DNA of 64,000 nt from Candidatus Latescibacterota bacterium (lineage in GTDB: Bacteria; Latescibacterota; UBA2968; UBA8231). The translations under genes were made by a program, and so were the position numbers. This document shows positions 1 to 10,581 of the stretch, piece by piece. How positions within the stretch are numbered: position 1 is the stretch's first letter; the number at the start of each line of letters is the position of its first letter. Under the pieces are notes generated by a model. It saw only the letters and a program-made list of their open reading frames with translations, did no database searches and was not told the DNA's origin. The stretch spans positions 1,696,001-1,760,000 of the forward strand of contig OZ220089.1 of assembly GCA_964291625.2 (NCBI GenBank), read 5' to 3'.

Positions 1-1367
1 GTGTACTGCACGTACGGCCCGGTCTCGCCGTCGAAGTTGAGGACCTCCTCCAGGGAGAAGTTGATGTCCCGGGTGCGGCGGTTGTTGACGTCGGCGAAGA
101 CCACGGCGCCGATCCCCACCTGGCGCGCCACCTCCGCGGCGCCGGCGAGATCCGGGTTCTTCTCGGCGATGATGCCCTCCGTGAGGGCGATCGCCTTGTC
201 GAGGACCTCCTCGAGGATGATGATCTCGCCCTTGCGCGTGGCCAGGGCCCGGCCGCGGAAGGACATGAGCCCGAAGGGCGCGTGCTCGCAGCGGTCGATC
301 CAGTCGACGCCGGCCCGCCGCAGGGCGCCGAAGAGCTGCTCGAAGTGCAGGCTCTGCCGCTTGTCGGTGACGTAGACCATCTTGTCGAAGGCGTGCCGCC
401 GGTGCCGGTAGAGCAGCGCCGCCAGGTCCCGGCTGTGGTAGGTGCTGGTGCCGTTGGAGGTGCGCAGCATGAGCGGCGCCGGCTGGTCCTCCAGGGGCAC
501 GATGAGGGCGCCTTCGCTCTCCGCCGCCAGCCCCCGCTCCTCGAAGAAGGCGATCACCTCGTCGAGCCGGCCGGCGTAGTGGCTCTCCCCCAGGGTCTCG
601 TCGAAGCGCACGCCGAGGATGCCGTAGATCCGCTCCGCCTCCTTGCGGCCCTCCTCCGAGAACCAGCGCCAGAGCCGGGTCATCTCGTCGTCGCCGGCGG
701 CCAGGGCCCGCAGGCACTCCCGGGCCCGGTCCCGCAGCTCCGGGTGCTCCTCGGCCTCGCGGTTGAAGCGCACGTAGAGGCCCACCAGCTCGCGGATCGG
801 GTCGGCGCGGATGCGCTCGTCGTCGCCCCAGGCGGCGTAGGCCGCCAGGAGCTGGCCGAAGTTGGCGCCGTAGTCGCCGAGGTGATTGATGCCGACGCAG
901 CGCCAGCCGAGGAACTCGTGGATGCGGTAGATGGCGTGGCCGATGGCGGTGGAGCGCAGGTGGGCGATGGAGAAGGGCCGGGCCAGGTTCGGGGAAGAGA
1001 AGTCGATGGCCACCGTGCGGCCGGCGCCCTGGCCGCGGGTGCCGTACTCCCGGCCGGCGGCGGCGATCTCGTCGAGGGTGTGGCCGATGAAGGCGGGCCG
1101 GTGGAGGGTGAAGTTGACGTACGGGCCGGCGGCGGCGACGGCGGCGATGCGGCCCCCGGGGCCGGCCTCCGGCTCGATGCGGGCGGCCAGGTCGGCGGCG
1201 ATCTGCGCCGGGTTGCGGCGCAGCTCCTTGGCCAGGACGAAGCACGGGAGGGCGTAGTCTCCCATGCTCTCCTCCGGAGGCACGGCGAGCAGGCCGCGCA
1301 CGGTGGACGGGTCCAGGCCGCCGGCGGCGGCCGTCCTCTCGACGATCTCCTCCAGGAAGGGGTTCAT
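1..1367 (-). CDS. argS: Arginine--tRNA ligase (3' end runs off the window)
   Basis: Not in the ORF track; manual minus-strand translation from ATG at 1367 gives MNPFLEEIVER...DFSSPNLARPFSIAHLRSTAIGH...GINHLGDYG...LATRKG...LNFDGETGPYVQY, which are ArgRS motifs. Confidence 0.95.
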   Translation of the reverse strand, partial: MNPFLEEIVERTAAAGGLDPSTVRGLLAVPPEESMGDYALPCFVLAKELRRNPAQIAADLAARIEPEAGPGGRIAAVAAAGPYVNFTLHRPAFIGHTLDEIAAAGREYGTRGQGAGRTVAIDFSSPNLARPFSIAHLRSTAIGHAIYRIHEFLGWRCVGINHLGDYGANFGQLLAAYAAWGDDERIRADPIRELVGLYVRFNREAEEHPELRDRARECLRALAAGDDEMTRLWRWFSEEGRKEAERIYGILGVRFDETLGESHYAGRLDEVIAFFEERGLAAESEGALIVPLEDQPAPLMLRTSNGTSTYHSRDLAALLYRHRRHAFDKMVYVTDKRQSLHFEQLFGALRRAGVDWIDRCEHAPFGLMSFRGRALATRKGEIIILEEVLDKAIALTEGIIAEKNPDLAGAAEVARQVGIGAVVFADVNNRRTRDINFSLEEVLNFDGETGPYVQY

Positions 1368-1377
1368 CCCGGTTCCC

Positions 1378-2211
1378 TCACGGCTCGATGGCCCGGCGCA
1401 TGGCGTCCACGGGCGGCCGCACCCCGGTCCAGATCTCGAAGGACCGGGCGCCCTGGTGGACCAGCATCCCCAGCCCGTCCAGGGCCCGGGCGCCAGCGGC
1501 CAGAGCCTGCTCCAGCAGACGCGTGCGCAGCGGCTTGTAGACGATGTCGAGGACGGCCATGCCGTCGTGGAGGACGCTCCCGTCGCCCAGGGGCGAGGAC
1601 CCGGCCTCCGGCTCCATGCCGATGGAGGTGGCGTTGATCACCAGTCCCGCCTCGCGCAGGGAGCCGCTCTCCGCCAGCGGCGCCACCCGCACCCGGCCGC
1701 CATCGTCCATGGCCTCGGCCAGGCTCTCGGCCCGGGAGGCGGTGCGGTTCAGCAGGATCACCTCCTCCACCTCCCCGCGGGAGAGCAGGGCGTGGAGGAC
1801 GGCCTTCGCCGCCCCCCCGGCGCCTAGGAGGGCGACCTTCGGCGGCAGCCGCTCCAGGCCGCCCTCGCGCAGACTGGCCAGCACCCCGCAGGCGTCGGTG
1901 TTGTGCCCCACCAGCCGGCCGTCCCGGTGGTCGATGGTGTTCACCGCGCCGATGGCCCGCGCCTCGGGGGCGACCTCGTCGAGGAAGGAGAGGACCGCCT
2001 GCTTGTGGGGCACGGTGACGTTGAGGCCGCGGATCCCGAGGTGGCGCATGGCCGCGCCCACATGGGCGGCGCCCTCCGGCGGCACCGGGAAGGCGACGTA
2101 CACGTAGTCGAGACCGGTGGCGGCCAGGGCCGCGTTGTGCATCGCCGGGGACGCCGAGTGGGTCACCGGGTGGCCGATGACGCCCAGGATCCCGGTCCGC
2201 CCGGAGATCAA
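1378..2211 (-). CDS. aroE: Shikimate dehydrogenase
   Basis: Motifs GHPVTHSASPAMHN, GLNVTVPHK, GAVNT, GHNTD, LGAGGAA, NRT, NATSIGM, GLGMLVHQG; probable TTG start overlapping the upstream TGA. Confidence 0.93.
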   Translation of the reverse strand: MISGRTGILGVIGHPVTHSASPAMHNAALAATGLDYVYVAFPVPPEGAAHVGAAMRHLGIRGLNVTVPHKQAVLSFLDEVAPEARAIGAVNTIDHRDGRLVGHNTDACGVLASLREGGLERLPPKVALLGAGGAAKAVLHALLSRGEVEEVILLNRTASRAESLAEAMDDGGRVRVAPLAESGSLREAGLVINATSIGMEPEAGSSPLGDGSVLHDGMAVLDIVYKPLRTRLLEQALAAGARALDGLGMLVHQGARSFEIWTGVRPPVDAMRRAIEP

Positions 2212-2348
2212 CCGAGGAGATCCTCCAGGAACTGGTCGGCGATCTCGAGGGACTCGCTCCAGCTGGCCCCGTAGAGGACCTTGATCATCAGGACGCCGCC
2301 GCCGAAGACCACGGCGCCGAGCACCAGCAACCGCAACATCGCTCTCAT
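2208..2348 (-). CDS. Small single-pass membrane protein (~46 aa)
   Basis: MRAMLRLLVLGAVVFGGGVLMIKVLYGASWSESLEIADQFLEDLLG; start and stop overlap the flanking genes, suggesting translational coupling. Confidence 0.6.
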   Translation of the reverse strand: MRAMLRLLVLGAVVFGGGVLMIKVLYGASWSESLEIADQFLEDLLG

Positions 2349-3646
2349 CACGCATTCTCCCTGGCCCTTGGGGCCTGCAACCCGTCGAGTAGATCGAAGA
2401 ACCCGGGGAAGGAGGCGTCGACGCACCCGGCGTCGTCGATCTCCATCTCCCCGTGGGCGACGAGACCGGCCACGGCGAAGGCCTGCACCAGTCCGGCGTG
2501 GCCCCGGCCCTCGATGCGCTCCCCCTTGAGCGGCCGCCCGCCCTCGATGACCACGCCCTCCGCATACTCGCCGACCTTGGCCTCGACCCGCCGCAACTGG
2601 CCGACGAGGTGGTCGACGAAGTCGTACTCGCCCCGGCGCAGCGACTCGATGTCGCGGATGATGAACTCCCCCTCCGTCTGGGTCGCCAGCACCGCCAGCA
2701 GGGCCACGTGCTCCAGGAGCTCCCGGGCCCGGCGGTCGGCCACCCGGGTCGCCTTGAGCTTGCCGGAGCCCTTGATCAGCAGATCGACGCTGCCGTCGTC
2801 GGCCCCGGCGATCTCCAGCTCGCCGCCGATCTGGCGCACGAGGTCGACGAAGAGGCGGTTGCCGGGGCGCACCATCACCCGGCGCACGGCGACCTCCGCG
2901 CGGCGTACGGCCAGGGCCGCCACCACCACGGGGAGGGCGCCGGCCAGGTCCCCGGGGACGTCCACGTCCAGGGCCTCCGGCGCCGAGCCCGGCGACAGGG
3001 TCAGGCTGCGCACCGGGGGATCGCCTTCGCGGCGGCTCTCCACCGGGACGCCGCGTTCCTTCCACGGCGCCTCGACGCGGTCGCGGCAGGAGGCCGGCTC
3101 GCGCACCACCGTCGGCCCTTCGGCGAAGAGGCCCGCCGTCAGCAGGCCCAGCTTCACCGATGCCGGCAGGTCCGCCGCCTCGTGGTCGCCGCCGCCGGGG
3201 GCCGAACCGGCCTCCAGCCGAAGGACGCCGTCGGCCTCCGCGGCGGCCGTGACCCCGGCGGGCGCCAGCAGCCGCAGGAGCTGATCCGCCCGGTCCCGCA
3301 CCGCCTCGGGGACCCGCACGCGGCCGGGCAAGGGCTGCCGCGCCAGGATCGCCAGGGCCGGCAGCACCGCCTCCTCCGAGCCTTCCAGATCGAGGACATC
3401 GTCCGCCGGCTCGAGCCCCGCCAGTCCGCGGCCGTCGACGCGGAAGCCGCGGTCCTCGCCCTCGACGCCGACGCCCAGCCGGCGCAGGACGTCCACCGTC
3501 CCGGCCGCCCCGGGGGGCACGCCGCCGATGCGGCTGGTTCCCTCGGAGACGGCCGCCATCCACAGGGCCTGGATCGCCCGGTCGCGCTCGCCCGGCACGC
3601 GGACCTCGCCCCTCAGGCGCGCCGCCCTCGAGACGGTGCGCACCAT
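2348..3646 (-). CDS. EPSP synthase (AroA)-fold protein with a degenerate active site
   Basis: Starts MVRTVSRAARLRGEVRVPG; colinear with class II AroA (ASVK.GLL.AGL.AEG.T.V.EP, VPGD, C-terminal SFPGFF.LL) and lies in the tyrA-aroA-aroE context, but catalytic motifs are substituted. Confidence 0.8.
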   Translation of the reverse strand: MVRTVSRAARLRGEVRVPGERDRAIQALWMAAVSEGTSRIGGVPPGAAGTVDVLRRLGVGVEGEDRGFRVDGRGLAGLEPADDVLDLEGSEEAVLPALAILARQPLPGRVRVPEAVRDRADQLLRLLAPAGVTAAAEADGVLRLEAGSAPGGGDHEAADLPASVKLGLLTAGLFAEGPTVVREPASCRDRVEAPWKERGVPVESRREGDPPVRSLTLSPGSAPEALDVDVPGDLAGALPVVVAALAVRRAEVAVRRVMVRPGNRLFVDLVRQIGGELEIAGADDGSVDLLIKGSGKLKATRVADRRARELLEHVALLAVLATQTEGEFIIRDIESLRRGEYDFVDHLVGQLRRVEAKVGEYAEGVVIEGGRPLKGERIEGRGHAGLVQAFAVAGLVAHGEMEIDDAGCVDASFPGFFDLLDGLQAPRARENA

Positions 3647-4767
3647 CAGGGGCGCCTCGCCCGGTAGCCCACGGCCTCGAGGGTCTCCACCGCGCGGTCG
3701 GCCACCCCATCGGCGTCGAACCCCAGCCTCAGGGTCCCTCCCTCTCCCTCGCGCACCTTCATCACCTCGATGTCGTTGATGTTCACGCCCTTCTCCGCCA
3801 GCACCGACGCGATCTCGGCGATCACCCCCGGACGGTCCTCGCAGACGACCAGCACCTCCGCCAGCCGGTGGATGAATCCCTTGGCGTCCTTGGGGATGCC
3901 GTCGCGGACCCGGTTGGCGTACTCGAAGTCGGCCTCCAGGGCGGCGGCGCCCACCTTGTCCCGCACCTCCCCCAGGCGCGCCAGGAAGCGGTCGACCATC
4001 TCGCGGATGCGGTCCGGGTTGGTGGCGCAGATGTCGTTCCAGACCGGCTCGAAGGGGCTGGAGGCGATCCGCGTCAGGTCGCGGAAGCCGCCGGCCGCCA
4101 GGGTCAGGAGCAGGCCCTCCCGCTCCTCGTCGAGGAGGCCGACCATCTCCACGAGGGAGGTGGCCAGCAGCTGCGGCAGGTGGCTGATGGCGGCCACCAC
4201 CATGTCGTGGTCCTCCGCGGACAGCTCGAGGACGCGGGCGCCGAGGCCGCGGAGGAGGTCGCGCAGGCCCTGGTGCAACTCGCCCGGCACGGCGGCGTCG
4301 GGCACGAGGATGTAGATCGCGTTCTGGAACAGGAACGGGTCGGCGGCCGTCACCCCCGACTTCTCGGAGCCGGCCATGGGGTGGCCGCCGAGGAACCAGG
4401 CGTCGGACCGTCCGGAGCCAGCGGCCGCGGCGGCGATGCGGCGCTTGGTGCTGCCGGCGTCGGTGACCAGCGCCCCGGCGGGGACCGCCGCCATCACCCG
4501 CGGCAGGAAGTCGATGATGTGGCGGATCGGCGAGCACAGGAAGACGAGGTCCGCCTCGGCCAGCCCCCGGTCCACCTCCTCGTAGTCCCGGCCCTCGTCG
4601 ACGGCCCCGAGGGCGACGGCCTTCTCCACCGTCTCGGGCCGGCTGATGCCGACGATGGAGCCGGCGTACCCCGTGCGCCGCAGGGCCAGGCCGATGGAGC
4701 CGCCGATCAGGCCGACGCCGACGATGCCGATCCGTTGGAACCGCGAGGCCCGGTTGGCGGTGGTCAC
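3646..4767 (-). CDS. tyrA: Prephenate dehydrogenase with C-terminal ACT domain
   Basis: GVGLIGGS, TDAGSTK, GGHPMAGSEKSG, HD...ISHLPQ, GFRDLTRIASS, ACT-like DRPGVIAEI. Confidence 0.93.
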   Translation of the reverse strand: MTTANRASRFQRIGIVGVGLIGGSIGLALRRTGYAGSIVGISRPETVEKAVALGAVDEGRDYEEVDRGLAEADLVFLCSPIRHIIDFLPRVMAAVPAGALVTDAGSTKRRIAAAAAGSGRSDAWFLGGHPMAGSEKSGVTAADPFLFQNAIYILVPDAAVPGELHQGLRDLLRGLGARVLELSAEDHDMVVAAISHLPQLLATSLVEMVGLLDEEREGLLLTLAAGGFRDLTRIASSPFEPVWNDICATNPDRIREMVDRFLARLGEVRDKVGAAALEADFEYANRVRDGIPKDAKGFIHRLAEVLVVCEDRPGVIAEIASVLAEKGVNINDIEVMKVREGEGGTLRLGFDADGVADRAVETLEAVGYRARRP

Positions 4768-5048
4768 CGCTCCCCCTCTCCCGCGCCCTCGAGGATGCGG
4801 GCCTCGGCCATGATGCGGTCGAAGATGTCGGCGATCGCCTCCCGGCTGAGGGGCCCCTGGTTCAGGGCCTGGAGCCGCTCGATCAGGGCCCGCTCCCGCG
4901 CCCGGTCGCGCACCTGCCGGCCGCTGGCCCGCTTCAGCCGGCCGATCTCTATGGCGTAGCCGAGTCTCTCGTTGATCAGCTCGACGATCCTGTCGTCCAC
5001 CTCGTCGATGCGGGCCCGCCAGTCATCGATGTCCCTGCCGTCGGCCAT
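4764..5048 (-). CDS. Chorismate mutase (AroQ type)
   Basis: R..ID.VD..IVELINER...A.EIGRLK...VRD.ARE pattern; operon context. Confidence 0.9.
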   Translation of the reverse strand: MADGRDIDDWRARIDEVDDRIVELINERLGYAIEIGRLKRASGRQVRDRARERALIERLQALNQGPLSREAIADIFDRIMAEARILEGAGEGER

Positions 5049-5052
5049 GGGC

Positions 5053-6036
5053 TCACCGCAGCCCCATGGCCCGGCGCACGGACTCCATGGTGGCCTCCGC
5101 CGCCGGCCGCGCCCGCTGCCGCCCCGCCTCGAGGATCCCGTCGATGGTCTCCGGGTCGGCGGTGATCTCGGCGTAGCGCCGCCGCACCGGGGCCAGGGCC
5201 TCCACCACCACCTCGGCCACCTCCTTCTTCAGGTCGCCGTAGCCCTTGCCCTCGAAGTGGGCCTCGATGGCGGCCTTCTCCTGACCGGAGAGGGCGTGAT
5301 GGATGGTCAGCAGGTTGTGGACGCCGGGGCGCTCCTCGTCGAAGCGGATCTCCCGCAGCGAGTCGGTGACGGCGCGGCCGATCCTGCGGCGGATCAGGTC
5401 GGGCTCGTCCAGCAGCCCGATGGCGTGATGCTGCCCCTCCACCGACTTGGACATCTTCTTCGTCGGGTCGTCGAGCCCCATGACGCGGGCCCCCACCTCG
5501 CGGATGACGGGCTCGGGCACGGTGAAGACCTCGCCGTAGAGGTTGTTGAAGCGGCCGGCGATGTCGCGGGCCAGCTCGACGTGCTGCTTCTGGTCGTCGC
5601 CCACGGGCACGACGGATGTCTGGTACAGGAGGATGTCGGCCGCCATCAGCACGGGATAGGTGAAGAGGCCCGCGCCGACCCGCTCGCGGCGGCTGCCGGC
5701 CTTGTCCTTGAACTGGGTCATGCGCTCGAGCCAGCCCATGGGCGTGTTGCAGATCAGGAGCCAGGTCAGCTCCGTGTGCTCGGGCACGTGGGACTGGACG
5801 AAGAGGACGCTGCGCTCCGGGTCGATGCCGCAGGCCACCAGCACCGCCGCCAGCTCCCGCACCCTGGACCGCATCTGGGCCGGCTCGTAGGGCACGGTGA
5901 TGGCGTGCTCGTCGACGATGCAGAAGTAGTTGTCGTAGCGCTCCTGGTCGGCCACCCAGTTGCGGATGGCGCCGATGTAGTTGCCCAGGTGGGGCTCGCC
6001 CGACGGCTGGATGCCGGAGAACACGCGCGGGGCCAC
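5053..6036 (-). CDS. trpS: Tryptophan--tRNA ligase
   Basis: SGIQPSG.PHLGNYIGA, YPVLMAADILLY, VPVGDDQKQH, KMSKS. Confidence 0.97.
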   Translation of the reverse strand: MAPRVFSGIQPSGEPHLGNYIGAIRNWVADQERYDNYFCIVDEHAITVPYEPAQMRSRVRELAAVLVACGIDPERSVLFVQSHVPEHTELTWLLICNTPMGWLERMTQFKDKAGSRRERVGAGLFTYPVLMAADILLYQTSVVPVGDDQKQHVELARDIAGRFNNLYGEVFTVPEPVIREVGARVMGLDDPTKKMSKSVEGQHHAIGLLDEPDLIRRRIGRAVTDSLREIRFDEERPGVHNLLTIHHALSGQEKAAIEAHFEGKGYGDLKKEVAEVVVEALAPVRRRYAEITADPETIDGILEAGRQRARPAAEATMESVRRAMGLR

Positions 6037-6037
6037 G

Positions 6038-6826
6038 TCAGCTCTCCTCGCCGCCGAGGAGGTCGCGCACGGCGGCGCCCGGGTCTTCGGCCCGCATGAG
6101 GGACTCGCCCACGAGGACGGCGTCGACCCCGGCCTCGCCGAGCTGGCGCAGGTGATCGTGGTGCTCGATGCCGCTCTCGCTGACCAGGGTCACTCTCTCC
6201 GGCACGAAGGGCCGCAGCTCGAAGGTCGTGTCAAGGCTGGTCTCGAAGGTGCGCAGATCGCGGTTGTTGATGCCCACGGGGGAGGCGTCGGCGGCCAAGG
6301 CGCGCTCCAGCTCCTCCCGGGTGTGGACCTCGACGAGGACCGACAGGCCCAGCTCCCGGCCCAGTCCCTGGAGGTCCTCCAACTGGCCGCCGTCCATGAC
6401 CGCGACGATGAGCAGGGCGGCGTCCGCGCCGATGACGCGGGCCTCGAAGAGCTGGTACGGGTCGATGGTGAAGTCCTTGCGCAACACCGGGATCCCGGCG
6501 GCCTGCCGCGCGGACTGGAGGTGGGCGTCGGAGCCCTGAAAGTACGCCTCGTCGGTGAGCACCGAAAGCGCGCGGGCGCCGTTGCCGGCGTAGGCGCTGG
6601 CGATCGCCGCCGGGTCGAAGTCCTCGCGGATCACGCCCTTGGAGGGGGAGGCCTTCTTCACCTCGGCGATGAGGGAGACGCCTTCGGCGGCCAGGGCGCC
6701 CGCGAAGTCCGCCGGGTCCGGCGCGTCGAGAGCCCGGGCGCGGACCTCGGCCGAGGGCGCGTCGTGGACGCGCCGGGCCAGGAAGTCCCGCTTGCTGGCG
6801 ACGATCTCTTCGAGGATGCCGGCCAT
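6038..6826 (-). CDS. trpC: Indole-3-glycerol phosphate synthase
   Basis: IAEVKKASPSKG, SVLTD, LRKDF, GINNRDL, SESGI, LVGESLM. Confidence 0.97.
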   Translation of the reverse strand: MAGILEEIVASKRDFLARRVHDAPSAEVRARALDAPDPADFAGALAAEGVSLIAEVKKASPSKGVIREDFDPAAIASAYAGNGARALSVLTDEAYFQGSDAHLQSARQAAGIPVLRKDFTIDPYQLFEARVIGADAALLIVAVMDGGQLEDLQGLGRELGLSVLVEVHTREELERALAADASPVGINNRDLRTFETSLDTTFELRPFVPERVTLVSESGIEHHDHLRQLGEAGVDAVLVGESLMRAEDPGAAVRDLLGGEES

Positions 6827-6836
6827 GCCCGCCGCC

Positions 6837-7847
6837 TCAGGCGTTGCTCACCTCCACGAGCCGGGCCAGGGCCTGCCGGGCCCGGCCCGAGGCGATCGAC
6901 TCGCGGGCGGCCTCGAGGCCGCCGGCCAAGTCCGATGCCACGCCGGCGGCGGCCAGGGCGGCGGCGGCGTTGAGGAGCACCACGTCGGCCCGGGGTCCCG
7001 CGGCGCCGTCGAGGACCTGCCGCAGGATGGCGGCGTTCTCCGCCGCGTCCCCGCCCTTCAGGTCCGCGGCCCCGGCGCGGTCGATCCCGAAGTCGCCGGG
7101 CTCGATCTCGTAGGTGCGCACCTCGCCATCGGTCAGCTCGCTCACCCGCGACGGACCGGTGAGGGTGATCTCGTCGAGGCCGTCGAGGCCGTGGACGACG
7201 AAGGCCCGCTCCGAGCCCAGGGCGCCGAGGACCCGGGCCTGCAGCTCGGTCAGCTCCGGCGCGAAGACACCCATGAGGTGGCGCGTCGCCCCCGCCGGGT
7301 TGGTGAGCGGCCCGAGGATGTTGAAGACCGTGCGCGTGCCCAGCTCCCGGCGGGGGCCGATGGCGTGCTTCATGGCGCCGTGCAGGGCGGGCGCGAAGAG
7401 GAAGCCGATGCCGGCCTCGTCGAGGCAGACTCCCACGCGGGCCGGGTCGGCCTCGATGTTGACGCCGAGCTCGGCGAGGACGTCGGCGGAGCCGCATCGG
7501 CTCGACATGGCGACGGTGCCGTGCTTGGCCACCGTGCACCCGGCGCCGGCGGCGACGAAGGCGACGGTGGTGGAGATGTTGAAAGTGCCCGAGGCGTCGC
7601 CGCCGGTGCCGCAGGTGTCGAGCAGGGGCGGCCGGCCGCCGGAGATGCGCGTCGCCTTGGCCCGCATGACCTCGGTGAACCCGGCCACCTCGTCCTCCGT
7701 CTCGCCCTTGCAGCGCAGGGCCACGAGGAAGCCGCCGATCTGGGCGTCGGTCGCCTCGCCGCTCATGATCTGGTCCATCACGGCGGTGGCCGTCTCCCGG
7801 TCGAGGTCGCGGCCGGAGATGAGTTGCTGAATCGCGTCCTGGATCAT
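6837..7847 (-). CDS. trpD: Anthranilate phosphoribosyltransferase
   Basis: DTCGTGGD..GTFNIST, AKHG, GSADVL, RTVFNILGPLTNP, GLDE. Confidence 0.97.
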   Translation of the reverse strand: MIQDAIQQLISGRDLDRETATAVMDQIMSGEATDAQIGGFLVALRCKGETEDEVAGFTEVMRAKATRISGGRPPLLDTCGTGGDASGTFNISTTVAFVAAGAGCTVAKHGTVAMSSRCGSADVLAELGVNIEADPARVGVCLDEAGIGFLFAPALHGAMKHAIGPRRELGTRTVFNILGPLTNPAGATRHLMGVFAPELTELQARVLGALGSERAFVVHGLDGLDEITLTGPSRVSELTDGEVRTYEIEPGDFGIDRAGAADLKGGDAAENAAILRQVLDGAAGPRADVVLLNAAAALAAAGVASDLAGGLEAARESIASGRARQALARLVEVSNA

Positions 7848-7883
7848 GGTTGGTCTCCTCCTTCGGAAAGCAAGATCCCGGGT

Positions 7884-8446
7884 TCAATCCCGCGCAAGGA
7901 AGTTGCCCAGCAGGCGCTGGCCCTCGGCGGTGAGGATCGACTCCGGGTGGAACTGCACGCCCTCGACGTCCAGCTCGCGGTGGCGCAGCCCCATGACGAT
8001 CCCGTCCTCTGTCTCGGCGACGACCTCCAGGCAGTCGGGCAGCGACTCGCGGTCGACGATCAGCGAGTGGTAGCGGGTGGCCACGAAGGGGTTGGGCAGG
8101 CCGGCGTAGATCCCCCCGCCGTGGTGGTGGATCTCCGATGTCTTGCCGTGCATGACGTACGGAGCGCGGGTGACGACGCCGCCGAAGGCCTGGCCGATCG
8201 ACTGGTGCCCGAGGCAGACGCCGAGGATGGGGACCTGGCCGGCGAAGCGGTTCACCACCTCGATGGAGATGCCGGCCACGTCGGGCGTGCACGGCCCGGG
8301 GGAGATGACGATGCGCTCCGGCGCCAGCCCGGCGATTTCGTCGGTGGTGACGCGGTCGTTGCGGTACACGGACAGCTCGGCGCCGAGCTCGCCCAGGTAC
8401 TGCACGAGGTTGTAGGTGAAGGAATCGTAGTTGTCGATCACCAGGA

Positions 8447-8450
<4 letters not shown>
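7884..8450 (-). CDS. trpG: Anthranilate synthase component II (glutamine amidotransferase)
   Basis: [34 protein letters not shown]. Confidence 0.95.
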
Positions 8451-9994
<1,544 letters not shown>

Positions 9995-10063
9995 CTCAGT
10001 TGCTCCGCTCGTTGCGGACGCGGTTCACCGGCAGCGGAAACGGCAAGAGCCCGTTGGGCACGG

Positions 10064-10099
10064 AAAAGGCCGCGAGCGCTGTCGGTGCGCCCGCGGCCT
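10064..10099 (-). terminator. Attenuator terminator hairpin of the trp leader
   Basis: Minus strand GGCCGCGGGCGC-ACCGACA-GCGCTCGCGGCC followed by TTTT, between the leader peptide and trpE. Confidence 0.85.
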
Positions 10100-10128
10100 G
10101 TGTGGTTTCCGTCTGCCGGTCACCCGCC

Positions 10129-10215
10129 TTACGGGTGGACGCACCTCTGTCCTGTCTCGTAGGACCAGAAGCGCCACCACCATCGGCGCGGGTTGTCGGT
10201 GCGATTGTATGTCAT
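10129..10215 (-). CDS. trpL: trp operon leader peptide (28 aa)
   Basis: MTYNRTDNPRRWWWRFWSYETGQRCVHP, with three tandem Trp codons plus a fourth; GGAG RBS upstream; followed by antiterminator/terminator segments and trpE. Confidence 0.88.
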   Translation of the reverse strand: MTYNRTDNPRRWWWRFWSYETGQRCVHP

Positions 10216-10252
10216 TTTGTGCGTGCTCCGTGCGCTTCGAATCGAGTCTTCG

Positions 10253-10281
10253 ATACTAAGGACCGCGCCCACCGGTGTCAA
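10253..10281 (-). promoter_or_regulatory. sigma70-type promoter of the trp operon
   Basis: Minus strand TTGACA (10281-10276), 17-bp spacer, TAGTAT (10258-10253), ~40 nt upstream of the trpL ATG. Confidence 0.8.
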
Positions 10282-10335
10282 CCGGTGCGTATCTTTGAGC
10301 GCCGTCGGCAGCGGATCACCCACGAGAGGTCATCC

Positions 10336-10557
10336 ATGACCACCATCACAGTCCGTGTACCGGCCGGGCTCCGTGGAATGCTCGACAAGGCCTCTGCGGA
10401 GCTGGGGCGCACGCGGTCCGACATCGTCCGGCAGGCGCTGGAACGTTATCTGGAGGACCTCGACGACCTCACCCTTGCCGAGGAACGGCTCCGCGATCCG
10501 ACCGATCCGGTCCTGGAGTGGGAGCCCGTGAGGCAGAAGCTACTCGGACCCGAATAA
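10336..10557 (+). CDS. Ribbon-helix-helix (CopG/RelB-like) antitoxin-type protein, with no intact toxin gene
   Basis: MTTITVRVPAGLRGMLDKASAELGRTRSDIVRQALERYLEDLDD...; beta-strand/helix/helix pattern with acidic tail; GAGAGG RBS. Confidence 0.8.
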   Translation: MTTITVRVPAGLRGMLDKASAELGRTRSDIVRQALERYLEDLDDLTLAEERLRDPTDPVLEWEPVRQKLLGPE

Positions 10558-10581
10558 GGCGTCCTGCACCGCGGGATTGTC

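Noticed and set aside
10064-10260. T-box riboswitch upstream of trpE/trpS
   Set aside because: No proper T-box consensus (GGTGGNACC) or stem I; the Trp-rich leader peptide explains the region.
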